Shown: positions 1 to 7,964, numbered from the stretch's first letter. The stretch is DNA of 16,267 nt from Candidatus Methylomirabilia bacterium (GCA_041497895.1 JBGQHJ010000114.1:1-16267); one strand, 5' to 3'. Translations and numbers: made by a program. Notes: generated by a model not told the origin, from the letters alone.

Positions 1-1
1 C

Positions 2-1411
2 CGCTTCGCGAGCCTGCTGCGGGCGCACGGGGTGGGGCGGGGCGACCGGGTCGCGGGCTTCCTGCCGCGCGTCCCCGAGATGCTGATCGCGATGATCGGC
101 ACCTGGAAGGCCGGCGCGGTGTACGTGCCGATCTTCACCGGCTTTGGCCCGGACGCGGTGGAGTTCCGGGTCCGTCACAGCGGGGCCCGGGTGCTGGTCA
201 CGCACCCGGAGCACCGCGGGCGCCTGCCCGAGCCGGTGCCGGCCGGTGTGACCGTCATCACGGTCGCCGGGCGCGGCGCGGTCGCGCGGGGAGACGTCGA
301 GTTCTGGCGCGCGATGGATCAACATCCGGAGGTGGCCGATCCGGTCGCCTGCCGGCGGGACGAGCCGGCGGTGCTGCTGTACACCTCGGGCTCGACCGGG
401 CCGCCGAAGGGCGTGAAGATCGCCACCAACTTCCTGATGGCGATCCACCCGCACCTCGTCTACGGCGCCGATCTCAGGCCCGACGACGTCTTCTGGCCGA
501 CCGGGGATCCGGGCTGGGGCTACGGGCTCGTGTGCTACATGGGCGCGCTCGCCCTCGGGGTGCCGGTGCTCTCGCACGAGGCGGCCCCGACCCCCGAGCT
601 CTGCGTGGCCCAGCTCCGCGATCGGCAGGTGAGCAATCTCGCGACCACCCCGACGCTGCTGCGCGGCGTGATGGCGCTCGGCCCCGAAGCGGTGGGCGGC
701 GTCCGCCTGCGCGCCGCGAGCAGCTGCGGGGAGCCCCTGAACGCGGAGGTGGTGCGCTTCTTCCGCGAGCACTGGGGGGTCACCGTGATGGACCAGTACG
801 GCTCGAGCGAGTTCGGCCTGCCGGTCGGCAACTTCGGGGTGGTGGACATGGCGGTGAAGCCGGGCTCGATGGGGCTGCCGCTGCCGGGCTCTACCATGGC
901 GGTGGTGGACGACGACGGTCGTGAGGTGGACGCCGACGTGGTGGGCCACGTGGGGATGAAGCCGCACCCGGAGGGCTACTACTCGCTCGGCTACTGGAAC
1001 GACGCGGAGCGGGACCGCGAGATGTATCGTGGCGAATGGATGACGGTGGGCGATCTGGCGCGGCGCGACGCCGACGGCTACTTCTGGTTCGAGGGCCGCG
1101 CCGACGACGTGATCAAGAGCGCGGGGTACCGGATCGGACCCTTCGAGGTCGAGAGCGCGATCCTGAAGCACCCGGCGGTGGCGGAGGCGGCGGTGGTGGG
1201 GAAGCCGGATGCGCTGCGGGGGCACGTCGTCAAGGCGTACGTCGTGCTCAAGCCCGGCCGGACGGTCCAGGCCGGGCTCGCCGACGAGATCGCCGACGTG
1301 GTGAAGACCCACGTCGGCCGCCACCAGTACCCGCGCGAGGTCGAGTTCCTCGACCGGCTGCCCAAGACCGAGACCGGCAAGATCCAGCGGTTCCTGCTGC
1401 GGGGGCGGTAG
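2..1411 (+). CDS. Acyl-CoA synthetase / AMP-binding enzyme (acetate/medium-chain CoA ligase-like), 5'-truncated by window edge
   Basis: Frame is open from base 2 (RFASLLRAHGVGRGDRV...). ANL-superfamily motifs: YTSGSTGPPKG, YGSSE, GD..RRDADGYFWFEGRADDVIKSAGYRIGPFEVES, LPKTETGKIQR. TAG stop at 1409-1411. Confidence 0.93.
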   Translation, partial: RFASLLRAHGVGRGDRVAGFLPRVPEMLIAMIGTWKAGAVYVPIFTGFGPDAVEFRVRHSGARVLVTHPEHRGRLPEPVPAGVTVITVAGRGAVARGDVEFWRAMDQHPEVADPVACRRDEPAVLLYTSGSTGPPKGVKIATNFLMAIHPHLVYGADLRPDDVFWPTGDPGWGYGLVCYMGALALGVPVLSHEAAPTPELCVAQLRDRQVSNLATTPTLLRGVMALGPEAVGGVRLRAASSCGEPLNAEVVRFFREHWGVTVMDQYGSSEFGLPVGNFGVVDMAVKPGSMGLPLPGSTMAVVDDDGREVDADVVGHVGMKPHPEGYYSLGYWNDAERDREMYRGEWMTVGDLARRDADGYFWFEGRADDVIKSAGYRIGPFEVESAILKHPAVAEAAVVGKPDALRGHVVKAYVVLKPGRTVQAGLADEIADVVKTHVGRHQYPREVEFLDRLPKTETGKIQRFLLRGR

Positions 1412-1441
1412 GCCCCGGCCGGGCCCGAGGAGGATGACGCG

Positions 1442-1840
1442 ATGGCGGCGTGCGAGGTGATCACCGGCGGGACCGCGTGGCCGGCCCGCTACACGTTCTC
1501 GCCGGCGGTGCGCGCCGGCAACCTCCTGTTCATCTCGGGCACCACCGCGGGAGACGAGCAGGGGCGGATCGTGGGGCCGGGCGACATCGCGGCCCAGACC
1601 CGCTACATCTTCGAGAAGTTCGGCCGGCTGCTCCGGGCGGCGGGCGCCGGCTTCGAGCACGTCGTGGAGACCACCGACTACATCACGACCACCGAAGGCT
1701 ACGCGCGGACCGCCGACGTGCGCCGGGAGTTCTTCGGCCGCCGCTTCCCGACCGCGACCGGCGTGATCGTGGCCGGGCTCCTGCGCGAGGGCGCCCTGAT
1801 CGAGATCTCCGCGGTGGCGGTGCTGCCCGATCGGACCTGA
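1442..1840 (+). CDS. RidA/YjgF/YER057c/UK114 family protein lacking the catalytic Arg (Rid4-7 type)
   Basis: SD GAGGAGG at 1427-1433. Motifs FSPAVRAGNLLFISGT, AQTRYIF, LIEISAVA. FPTAT where RidA has P-A-R-[ST]. Confidence 0.9.
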   Translation: MAACEVITGGTAWPARYTFSPAVRAGNLLFISGTTAGDEQGRIVGPGDIAAQTRYIFEKFGRLLRAAGAGFEHVVETTDYITTTEGYARTADVRREFFGRRFPTATGVIVAGLLREGALIEISAVAVLPDRT

Positions 1841-1863
1841 CCGGCCCTACCAGGAGGACACCA

Positions 1864-2586
1864 ATGGCCGACCCGAAGCTGATGGACCGAGCGTTCCAGC
1901 GCATCACGCGCGCCCTCGTGGAGACGGGTCGCGCGCCGCACTACGCCGAGCTCGGGCGGGCCCTCGGCCTGCCCGTCGAGGACGGGCGCGCGCTCCTGCG
2001 CGACGTGATGGCCGCCTACCCGATCGGCTGGCTCCATCCCGAGACCGACTACATCGCGTCGTTCCCGCCGCTCAACAACCTGCCCACCCAGTACCGGATC
2101 TCGGTGGGCGGCGAGCAGCGCTGGTTCGCCCAGTGCGGCTTCGAGGCCACCTCCGCGACCTGGCTCTTCCCGGGCCGGACCGTGCGGGTCGACGCCGCCT
2201 GCCTCGACTGCGGCGATCCGGTGACGGTGGAGATGCGTGACGGGCGGATCACCTGGGTCGACCCGCCCGGGGTAGTCGGCCACCTCGCCTTCGGCTTCGG
2301 CGCCTCGCGCGGCCGATCGTACTATCTCTGAACCGGCATGAACCTCTTCCGGTCGGAAGAGCACGCGCGGCGCTGGAGCCAGTTCACCGCGAGGGCCGAG
2401 GAGGGCTTCATCACCCTCCCCGAGGTGGCCGGCTTCTTCGGCACCGAGAGCCGGCGGCACATGCTGGACCCCGACTACCTGTCGGTGTGGTACCCGCGTC
2501 GGGCGGCGGAGCGCCGTGCCTACCTGGAGTCGATCGGCAAGACCACGCCGTTCTGGATGGGAACCCCCGATCCCCCCACGTCCTGA
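1864..2586 (+). CDS. MerB (organomercurial lyase)-like selenoprotein, 240 aa, UGA at 2329-2331 read as Sec156
   Basis: SD AGGAGG 1852-1857, ATG 1864. Track ORFs ending at 2331 and starting at 2338 are in the same frame, joined by TGA ACC GGC. WFAQCGFE matches MerB LYAWCALD; VRVDAACLDCGDPV matches ARVSSHCAATGAPV; YYL-U-TGMNLFRSEEHARRW matches QSFCCHVHFFASVPTAEDW. Hairpin follows the UGA; no SD before ATG 2338. Confidence 0.82.
2344..2361 (+). promoter_or_regulatory. Putative bacterial SECIS element of the MerB-like gene
   Basis: Perfect 7-bp stem CTCTTCC (2344-2350) / GGAAGAG (2355-2361) with loop GGTC starting with G; stem begins 12 nt after the TGA. Confidence 0.75.
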
Positions 2587-2599
2587 GGAGGACACTCAC

Positions 2600-3562
2600 A
2601 TGAAAGCGATCCGCGTCTCGGAGTACGGTGGCCCGTCGGTGCTGAAGCTCGAGGAGATCCCCACGCCTCAGCCGGGACCCGGCCAGGTCCTGGTGCGCCA
2701 CCACGCCGTCGGCATCAACCCGGTCGACACGTATCTGCGCTCGAACACCGACAATCGCGGCCCCAAGCTGCCCTACACGCCGGGCGGGGACGCGGGCGGC
2801 GTGGTGGAGGCGGTGGGCGCGGGCGTGACGGCCGTGAAGGCGGGCGACCGCGTCTACGTGGGCGGCACCGTGACCGGTGCCTACGCCGAGCTGGCGGTGT
2901 GCGAGCAGGGGCAGGTGCACCCCCTCGCCGCCAACGCGAGCTACGCGCAGGGCGCGGCCATGAACGTCCCGTACGCCACCGCCTACCACGCGCTCTTCAA
3001 CCGCGCGCGTGGCGAGGCGGGGGAGACGGTGCTGGTGCACGGCGCGAGCGGCGGGGTGGGCATCGGCGCGGTCCAGCTGGCGCGGGCGCGCGGGCTCACC
3101 GTCATCGGCACCGCGGGCACCGAGAAGGGCCGGCGCATGGTGCTCGAGCAGGGCGCGCACCACGCGCTCGACCACAGCGCGGGCGGCTACCTCGAGGAGT
3201 GCGTGAAGCTCACCGGCGGGCGTGGGCCCGACATCATCATGGAGATGCTCGCCAACGCGAATCTCCAGAAGGACCTGGGCGCCATCGCCACCCGCGGCCG
3301 CATCGTGGTGATCGGCAACCGGGGCACGGTGGAGATCAACGCGCGGATCGCGATGAACAAGGACGCGGCCATCCTCGGCATGGCGCTCAACCACGCCACG
3401 CCGGCCCAGCTCGCGGGTATCCACGCGGCGCTGGTGGAGGGCCTGCGCAACGGCTCGCTGCGCCCGGTCATCGCCCAGGAATTCCCGCTCGCCCAGGCCG
3501 CCCGGAGCCACGAGGCGGTGATGGAGGCGGGCCACCACGGGAAAGTCGTCCTGATCCCCTGA
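2600..3562 (+). CDS. NADPH:quinone oxidoreductase, zeta-crystallin-like (MDR superfamily, non-zinc)
   Basis: SD GAGGAGG overlaps the upstream TGA; ATG 2600 gives MKAIRVSEYGGPSVLKLEE. Motifs GINPVD, PYTPGGDAGGVV, VLVHGASGGVG, GKVVLIP; no Zn-ligand pattern. Confidence 0.92.
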   Translation: MKAIRVSEYGGPSVLKLEEIPTPQPGPGQVLVRHHAVGINPVDTYLRSNTDNRGPKLPYTPGGDAGGVVEAVGAGVTAVKAGDRVYVGGTVTGAYAELAVCEQGQVHPLAANASYAQGAAMNVPYATAYHALFNRARGEAGETVLVHGASGGVGIGAVQLARARGLTVIGTAGTEKGRRMVLEQGAHHALDHSAGGYLEECVKLTGGRGPDIIMEMLANANLQKDLGAIATRGRIVVIGNRGTVEINARIAMNKDAAILGMALNHATPAQLAGIHAALVEGLRNGSLRPVIAQEFPLAQAARSHEAVMEAGHHGKVVLIP

Positions 3563-3632
3563 GGCGGCTGAAAAGGGCCCATCTGCGGGAGTGCGGGCCC
3601 CGCCTCGCATCTGGACCCTTTTGAGCCGCCTC
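3561..3632. repeat. 72-bp imperfect palindrome between convergent genes (REP/MITE-like element, possible bidirectional terminator)
   Basis: Left arm GAGGCGGCTGAAAAGGGCCCA (3561-3581); right arm 3612-3632 reverse-complements to GAGGCGGCTCAAAAGGGTCCA (19/21 identical). Inner TGCGGG/CTCGCA pairing extends the stem. Confidence 0.8.
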
Positions 3633-3638
3633 TAGGAG

Positions 3639-4400
3639 CTAGAACTCGGCGCGGACTGTGCCGACCGGATCGAACCGTGCCTCGATGCGGTCGCCGGGGT
3701 TGAGGAGGTACTGGCGGGTGAAGGAGCCCGACATGACCTTCATGCCGGACTCGAGCGCCAGGCCGAATTCGGCGAGCTTGTTGGCGAGCCAGGCGATCGA
3801 GGCGGCCGGCGTGCCGAGCACCTCGCTGCCCAGCGCGCGCTCGGCGGCCGCGCCGTTCACGGAGAGCTCCACCGTCACCTTCGCGAGGTCGAAGCCGGCG
3901 GGCACCGGGACCGGCGTGCCGGTCACGTAGGCGCGCTGCTGGGCGTTGTCGGCGAGGCTCACGTTGAGATCGGCCGCGAAGTCGCCGCGCCGCTCGATGA
4001 TCTCGAAGGCGGGGGCCATCGCGGAGAGCGCGGCGGCGGCCCGCTCGGTGGTCACCCCCGGGCCGCGCAGGGTGGTGCCGACGGTGAGGCACAGCTCGTT
4101 CTCGAAGCCGGGGCGGATCAGGTCGGCGTAGCGGAAGCGCGTCCCGCTCGGCTGCTCGCCGCTCTGAAGGAGGAAGCCCAGCACCGGCTCGTGCACGCCC
4201 TGCTGGACCTGCATCGCCTTCGAGGTGAGGCCCACCTTCCAGCCCGCCTGGCGCTCGCCCGCCGCGGTGTACCGGGCGAGGACGCCCAGCTGCACGCGGT
4301 ACGCCTCCTCGCGGCTCAGGCGCTTCATCCACTCGGGGCCCGGGGCGGTCCGCTGCCGGGCGCACTGCCAGAACGCGTCGATGGCCTGGTCGATGCTCAC
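3639..4400 (-). CDS. 2-keto-4-pentenoate hydratase / 2-oxo-hept-3-enedioate hydratase-like protein (FAH superfamily), 253 aa
   Basis: GTG at 4400 overlaps the upstream stop (GTGA), SD GAGGAG just upstream. Motifs AYRVQ, GWKVGLTSKAMQ, EPVLGFL, FENEL, PAFEII, ADNA, VLGTPAASIAWLANKL, MSGSFT. Confidence 0.88.
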   Translation of the reverse strand: MSIDQAIDAFWQCARQRTAPGPEWMKRLSREEAYRVQLGVLARYTAAGERQAGWKVGLTSKAMQVQQGVHEPVLGFLLQSGEQPSGTRFRYADLIRPGFENELCLTVGTTLRGPGVTTERAAAALSAMAPAFEIIERRGDFAADLNVSLADNAQQRAYVTGTPVPVPAGFDLAKVTVELSVNGAAAERALGSEVLGTPAASIAWLANKLAEFGLALESGMKVMSGSFTRQYLLNPGDRIEARFDPVGTVRAEF

Positions 4401-6775
4401 GGGTCTCCTCGGCGTACCTCGCAGAGGTACGAGCGGAGCGCCACCGTCCCGCTGATCGGGTCGGCCGCGTCCGGGTCGATGAGGCGGTTGTAGTTGGCGC
4501 TCCCGGGGCCGTCGGCGTCGTAGCCGGGCAGGCCGAGGGGCGGGCACGCCTGCCACCAGCCGAACTGGGCGCAGACCACCTCGGGATCGAGGCTGCCGTT
4601 GAGACGCGCCCGCGCGCGCATGGTGCCGTGCGGCGTCTCGACCACCACCCAGTCGTCGGCGCCGATGGCGCGCGCCTTCGCGGCATCCGGATGCAGCTCG
4701 GCCAGGGGCTCCGGGCTGTGCCGTCGCAGCCGCGGCAGGCTCCGGTGCTGGCTGTGGCAGAACTGCACGACCTTGGCGGTGGTGAGACGGAGCGGGTAGC
4801 GCGCGGCCAGGTCCGGCCGGCTCACCGGGCTCGCGGCCGGCTCGACGTAGTCGGGCAGGGGGCTCTGCCCGTGCTCCGCGAGCTGGGCCGAGAAGATCTC
4901 CACGCGGCGGCTCGGGGTGGCGAAGCCCGCCGAGCGGCCGTCCGGGCCCGGCGCGGTGTAGCGCTTGAAGCGCGCCTCGACCGGCACCCGCACCCCGCCC
5001 GGCTGTGCGCGCAGCTGCTCGAGCGTGACCCCCGAGGGCTCGAGCGCGAAGCGATGTCCGGCGTCCTCGCTGCCGTCGAAGAAGCTCTTGCCCAGGCCGA
5101 GGCGCCGGGCCAGCTCGCAGACGATCCACGTGTCCGAGCGCGCCTCGCCCTGCGGCGCCACCACCGCGCGCCGCAGCTGGGCAAAGCTCTCGCCCGCCTG
5201 CGTCGGGCCGAAGCCCACGCGGAGCCCCTCCCGCTCCCACGCGGAGGAGACCGGTAGCACCACGTCCGCCATCGCGGCGGTGGGGGTGAGGAAGAGATCG
5301 GCGTACACGAGGAAGTCGAGGCGCCCGGCCGCGGCGCGGGCCACCGTCGCCCCCGGCTGCGAGAGGAGCAGGTTCGCGCCGAAGCCCACCACGCCGCGCA
5401 CCGGGTAGGGCGTGCCGTGGAGGATGGCGCGGTACAGATCGGCCGCGGTCACCCAGCCGTGCCGCGCGGGGCCGAGCGGCCGCTCGCCGAGGCCGATGGC
5501 CTTCGCGCGCTGCTTGTCGGAGAGCAGCGAGAGCGGTCCCAGGTCGTTGACCGCGGGGCGCGCGGGCCGGACGTTGCCGCCGGGGGCGTCCCAGCAGCCG
5601 GTGAGCGCGTAGAGCAGCGAGAGCGCCCGCACGGTCTGGGTCGCGTTGGTGTGCTGCTCGAGGCCGGTCCAGTGGAAGTAGGACACCGGCCGCCGCTCCC
5701 ACAGGAGCCGCGCGGTCTGGACGATCTGCGCGGCCGGGATCCCGGTGATCGCCTCGACGCGCTCCGGCGGGTAGCGGCGGCAGAGCGCGGCGTAGGCCTC
5801 GAACGCGGGCACGCAGGCGATCTGGCCGCCGCGCCCCGCGCACGTCACCGGGCCGATGAGCGCGGGCTCCACGACGCGCTCCACGAATCGCCCGGTGGTG
5901 GGGTCGTACGGGACCGGCCGCGCCGCGCCGCGGTCCCACGCCACGTGATGGGCGGGGTGGCCGTCGGGCGAGAGGTCGGAGGCCGCGAGCAGCCGGCCGG
6001 TGTCCTCGCGCACCAGCAGCGATCCGTTGGTCCAGTCGCGGACGAAGTCGCGATCGTACCAGCCCTCCGCGAGCATCACGGCGGCCAGCCCGAGGGCGAG
6101 CGCGCCGTCGGTGCCGGGGCGCACGCGCAGCCACTGGTCGGCGCGGGCGGCGGGGCCCGCGCGCCGCGGATCGACCACGATCAGCGCGGCGCCGCGCGCG
6201 ACGGCCTCCGCGACCGCGGTGGCCTGGGCGAGGTAGGCGGTCGACGGGTTGTGGCCCCACAGGAGCATGCATGAGGTCCGCTCGAAGTCCGGCGTGCCGA
6301 TGTCGGCGCCGAAGGTGAACGCGGTCGCGTAGTCGCGATGCCACGCGCAGAGCTCCTCGCCCCACACCATGTTGGGGCTGCCGAACGCGCGGATGAGGCG
6401 GTTGATCCACGGGAAGCCGTCGGAGACCGCGGTGCCCGCCGGCGTGGTGACCGCGAACGCCACCGCCTCGGGGCCTTCGCGCTGGGCGAGCGCGCGCATG
6501 CGCTCCGCGGTCCAGTCGAGCGCTTCGTCCCAGGTGATGCGCACCCAGCCCGCGTCGGGATCGCTCCGGGGCCGGGTGCGCCGCATCGGGTGGAGCAGCC
6601 GATCGGGCGCGTACACCAGCTCCGGCGCGGCCTGGCCCTTCACGCACAGGTGCCGGCCGGTCGGATGCGACGGGTCCGGCTCGACCGCGACCAGCCGGCC
6701 GTCCTCCACCACCGACACGCACCCGCAGCGCGAGCGGCACAGCGCGCAGAAACCGGGCACCCGCTCGGTGGCCAT
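4397..6775 (-). CDS. Molybdopterin (bis-MGD, DMSO reductase family) oxidoreductase with N-terminal 4Fe-4S site, cytoplasmic
   Basis: CALCRSRC...LCVKG cluster motif, DRLLHPMRR, W.RITWDEALD, LLWGHNP, IVVDPR, RPGTDGALAL, DLFLTPTAAMADVVLP, C-terminal HSQHR...ELHPDAA dinucleotide-binding domain; no twin-arginine leader. Confidence 0.93.
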   Translation of the reverse strand: MATERVPGFCALCRSRCGCVSVVEDGRLVAVEPDPSHPTGRHLCVKGQAAPELVYAPDRLLHPMRRTRPRSDPDAGWVRITWDEALDWTAERMRALAQREGPEAVAFAVTTPAGTAVSDGFPWINRLIRAFGSPNMVWGEELCAWHRDYATAFTFGADIGTPDFERTSCMLLWGHNPSTAYLAQATAVAEAVARGAALIVVDPRRAGPAARADQWLRVRPGTDGALALGLAAVMLAEGWYDRDFVRDWTNGSLLVREDTGRLLAASDLSPDGHPAHHVAWDRGAARPVPYDPTTGRFVERVVEPALIGPVTCAGRGGQIACVPAFEAYAALCRRYPPERVEAITGIPAAQIVQTARLLWERRPVSYFHWTGLEQHTNATQTVRALSLLYALTGCWDAPGGNVRPARPAVNDLGPLSLLSDKQRAKAIGLGERPLGPARHGWVTAADLYRAILHGTPYPVRGVVGFGANLLLSQPGATVARAAAGRLDFLVYADLFLTPTAAMADVVLPVSSAWEREGLRVGFGPTQAGESFAQLRRAVVAPQGEARSDTWIVCELARRLGLGKSFFDGSEDAGHRFALEPSGVTLEQLRAQPGGVRVPVEARFKRYTAPGPDGRSAGFATPSRRVEIFSAQLAEHGQSPLPDYVEPAASPVSRPDLAARYPLRLTTAKVVQFCHSQHRSLPRLRRHSPEPLAELHPDAAKARAIGADDWVVVETPHGTMRARARLNGSLDPEVVCAQFGWWQACPPLGLPGYDADGPGSANYNRLIDPDAADPISGTVALRSYLCEVRRGDP

Positions 6776-6783
6776 GGCGCCGG

Positions 6784-7560
6784 CTAGCGCGGGGGCGGGT
6801 TCAGCAGGTAGCGGAGCGCCTCGGTCTGGCCCGGCTGGAGCTCGAGCACGCGACGGAAGGCGCCGAGCGCCTCGCCCTGCTGGCCGCTCTGCCAGTACGC
6901 CTTTCCCAGGTCGAGCAGGGCCGAGACCTGGCCGGGGTCGCGCTTGACGTACTCCTCGAGGAGACCGATGCCGCCCTTCACGTCGCCCGCGGCGAGCGCT
7001 TGCCGGCCGCCGTCGCGCAGGGCCGCGAGCAGGTCCTGGCGGCTGCCGGCGTCACCGGCCTGGCCGAGGCCGCGCTGGACGGCGGCGAGGGCGTCGGTCC
7101 ACGAGCCGGCGGCGAGGTGCGCGCGCGCCAGATCCACGTAGGCGCGGGCGTCGGTCGGGCTCAGCGTGAGGTAGTCCTTGAGCCGGGTCGCGGCCTCGGT
7201 GTACTGGCCGCGCGCGAGCGAGTCGCGCCCGCCCTCGAGCAGGGCCTGGGCCAGCACCGGGGCCACGTCGCCCTGGCTCGGCGCCAGGCCGAGCGCCTTG
7301 CGCGCGCTGTCGATGGCCGGACCCCACGACTTCTGGGCGATGTACGTCCGCGCGGTATAGAGATAGGCCTCCCACGACTTGGGATCGCGCGCGATCACCG
7401 CCTGGAACTTGGCGAGCGCGTCCGCATACTTGCCGGACTGGAAGAGCTCCTTGCCCTGGGCGAGCAGCGACTCGATGCTCTCGACCATCCCGAGCGTCGC
7501 GCAGCCGGCGACGATCGCGACCAGAACCAGCCCGATCAGGGCGAGGGCGCGCCGTCGCAT
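6784..7560 (-). CDS. Tetratricopeptide-repeat lipoprotein, 258 aa
   Basis: ATG 7560: MRRRALALIGLVLVAIVAG-C is a basic N-terminus, hydrophobic core and lipobox. Repeated TPR-like units (A...F..VI..DP....AY, A...ARKAL.L.P, LGKAY...G....AL..FRRVLELQP). Confidence 0.85.
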   Translation of the reverse strand: MRRRALALIGLVLVAIVAGCATLGMVESIESLLAQGKELFQSGKYADALAKFQAVIARDPKSWEAYLYTARTYIAQKSWGPAIDSARKALGLAPSQGDVAPVLAQALLEGGRDSLARGQYTEAATRLKDYLTLSPTDARAYVDLARAHLAAGSWTDALAAVQRGLGQAGDAGSRQDLLAALRDGGRQALAAGDVKGGIGLLEEYVKRDPGQVSALLDLGKAYWQSGQQGEALGAFRRVLELQPGQTEALRYLLNPPPR

Positions 7561-7571
7561 GCGGCGGGCGC

Positions 7572-7964
7572 TCAGCGCAGGCCGCGCAGGAAGCCCGTGG
7601 CCTGGCCGAGCAATCCGCCCGCGGGCACGGTGCCCTCCGGGGTGAGCCGGTCCACCGCTTGCGGCAGGATCTGGGCCAGCAGCGCGCTCGCGGCCTCGGG
7701 CGGCAGCCCCACGCGGGCGGCGAGCTGCTGGACGAGGCCGCTGCCGAGCACGCTCTGGATCTGCTCCGCGCTCACCGGGAGGTTCTGGCCCGTGCCGATC
7801 CAGGACGCGGCCACGTCGCCGAGGCCCTTGGCCTGGAACGCCTCCACCAGCCCGCCGAGGCCGCCCCCGCTCGAGCCGCCCAGCGCCTCCATCGCGGCGG
7901 TGACCAGACCCGCGTGTGCTTCGTTGGCGCCGAGCGCGTTGTTGATCGCATCGAAGAGACTCAT
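7572..7964 (-). CDS. YidB-like (DUF937) protein, 130 aa
   Basis: SD GGAGG before ATG 7964. Family motifs GGLGGLVEAFQAKGLGDVAASWIGTGQNLPVSAEQIQSVLG and LAQILPQAVDRLTPEG. Confidence 0.88.
   Translation of the reverse strand: MSLFDAINNALGANEAHAGLVTAAMEALGGSSGGGLGGLVEAFQAKGLGDVAASWIGTGQNLPVSAEQIQSVLGSGLVQQLAARVGLPPEAASALLAQILPQAVDRLTPEGTVPAGGLLGQATGFLRGLR

Noticed and set aside
1864..2586. Pseudogene or two separate genes (1864..2331 and 2338..2586)
   Set aside because: The only interruption is a TGA at a catalytic Cys column followed by a SECIS-like hairpin; no frameshifts and no SD for the second ATG.
1838..3562. Sec read-through at other TGA stops (1838-1840, 2584-2586, 3560-3562)
   Set aside because: Each ends an apparently complete protein and is followed by the next gene's SD or the palindrome, not by a continuing domain.
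6330..6360. Selenocysteine ligand in the molybdoenzyme
   Set aside because: The probable ligand codon is TGC (Cys) in LCAWH and the ORF has no internal TGA.
4401..6740. 1033-aa ORF 3639..6740 as one giant protein
   Set aside because: Only the last 253 aa are hydratase-like; the rest is Arg/Pro/Gly-rich off-frame translation overlapping the Mo-enzyme gene.
4397..6775. Calling the Mo enzyme acetylene hydratase, formate dehydrogenase or nitrate reductase
   Set aside because: Arg replaces the acetylene hydratase Asp13, the FDH C/U-H motif is absent, and no partner subunits are adjacent.
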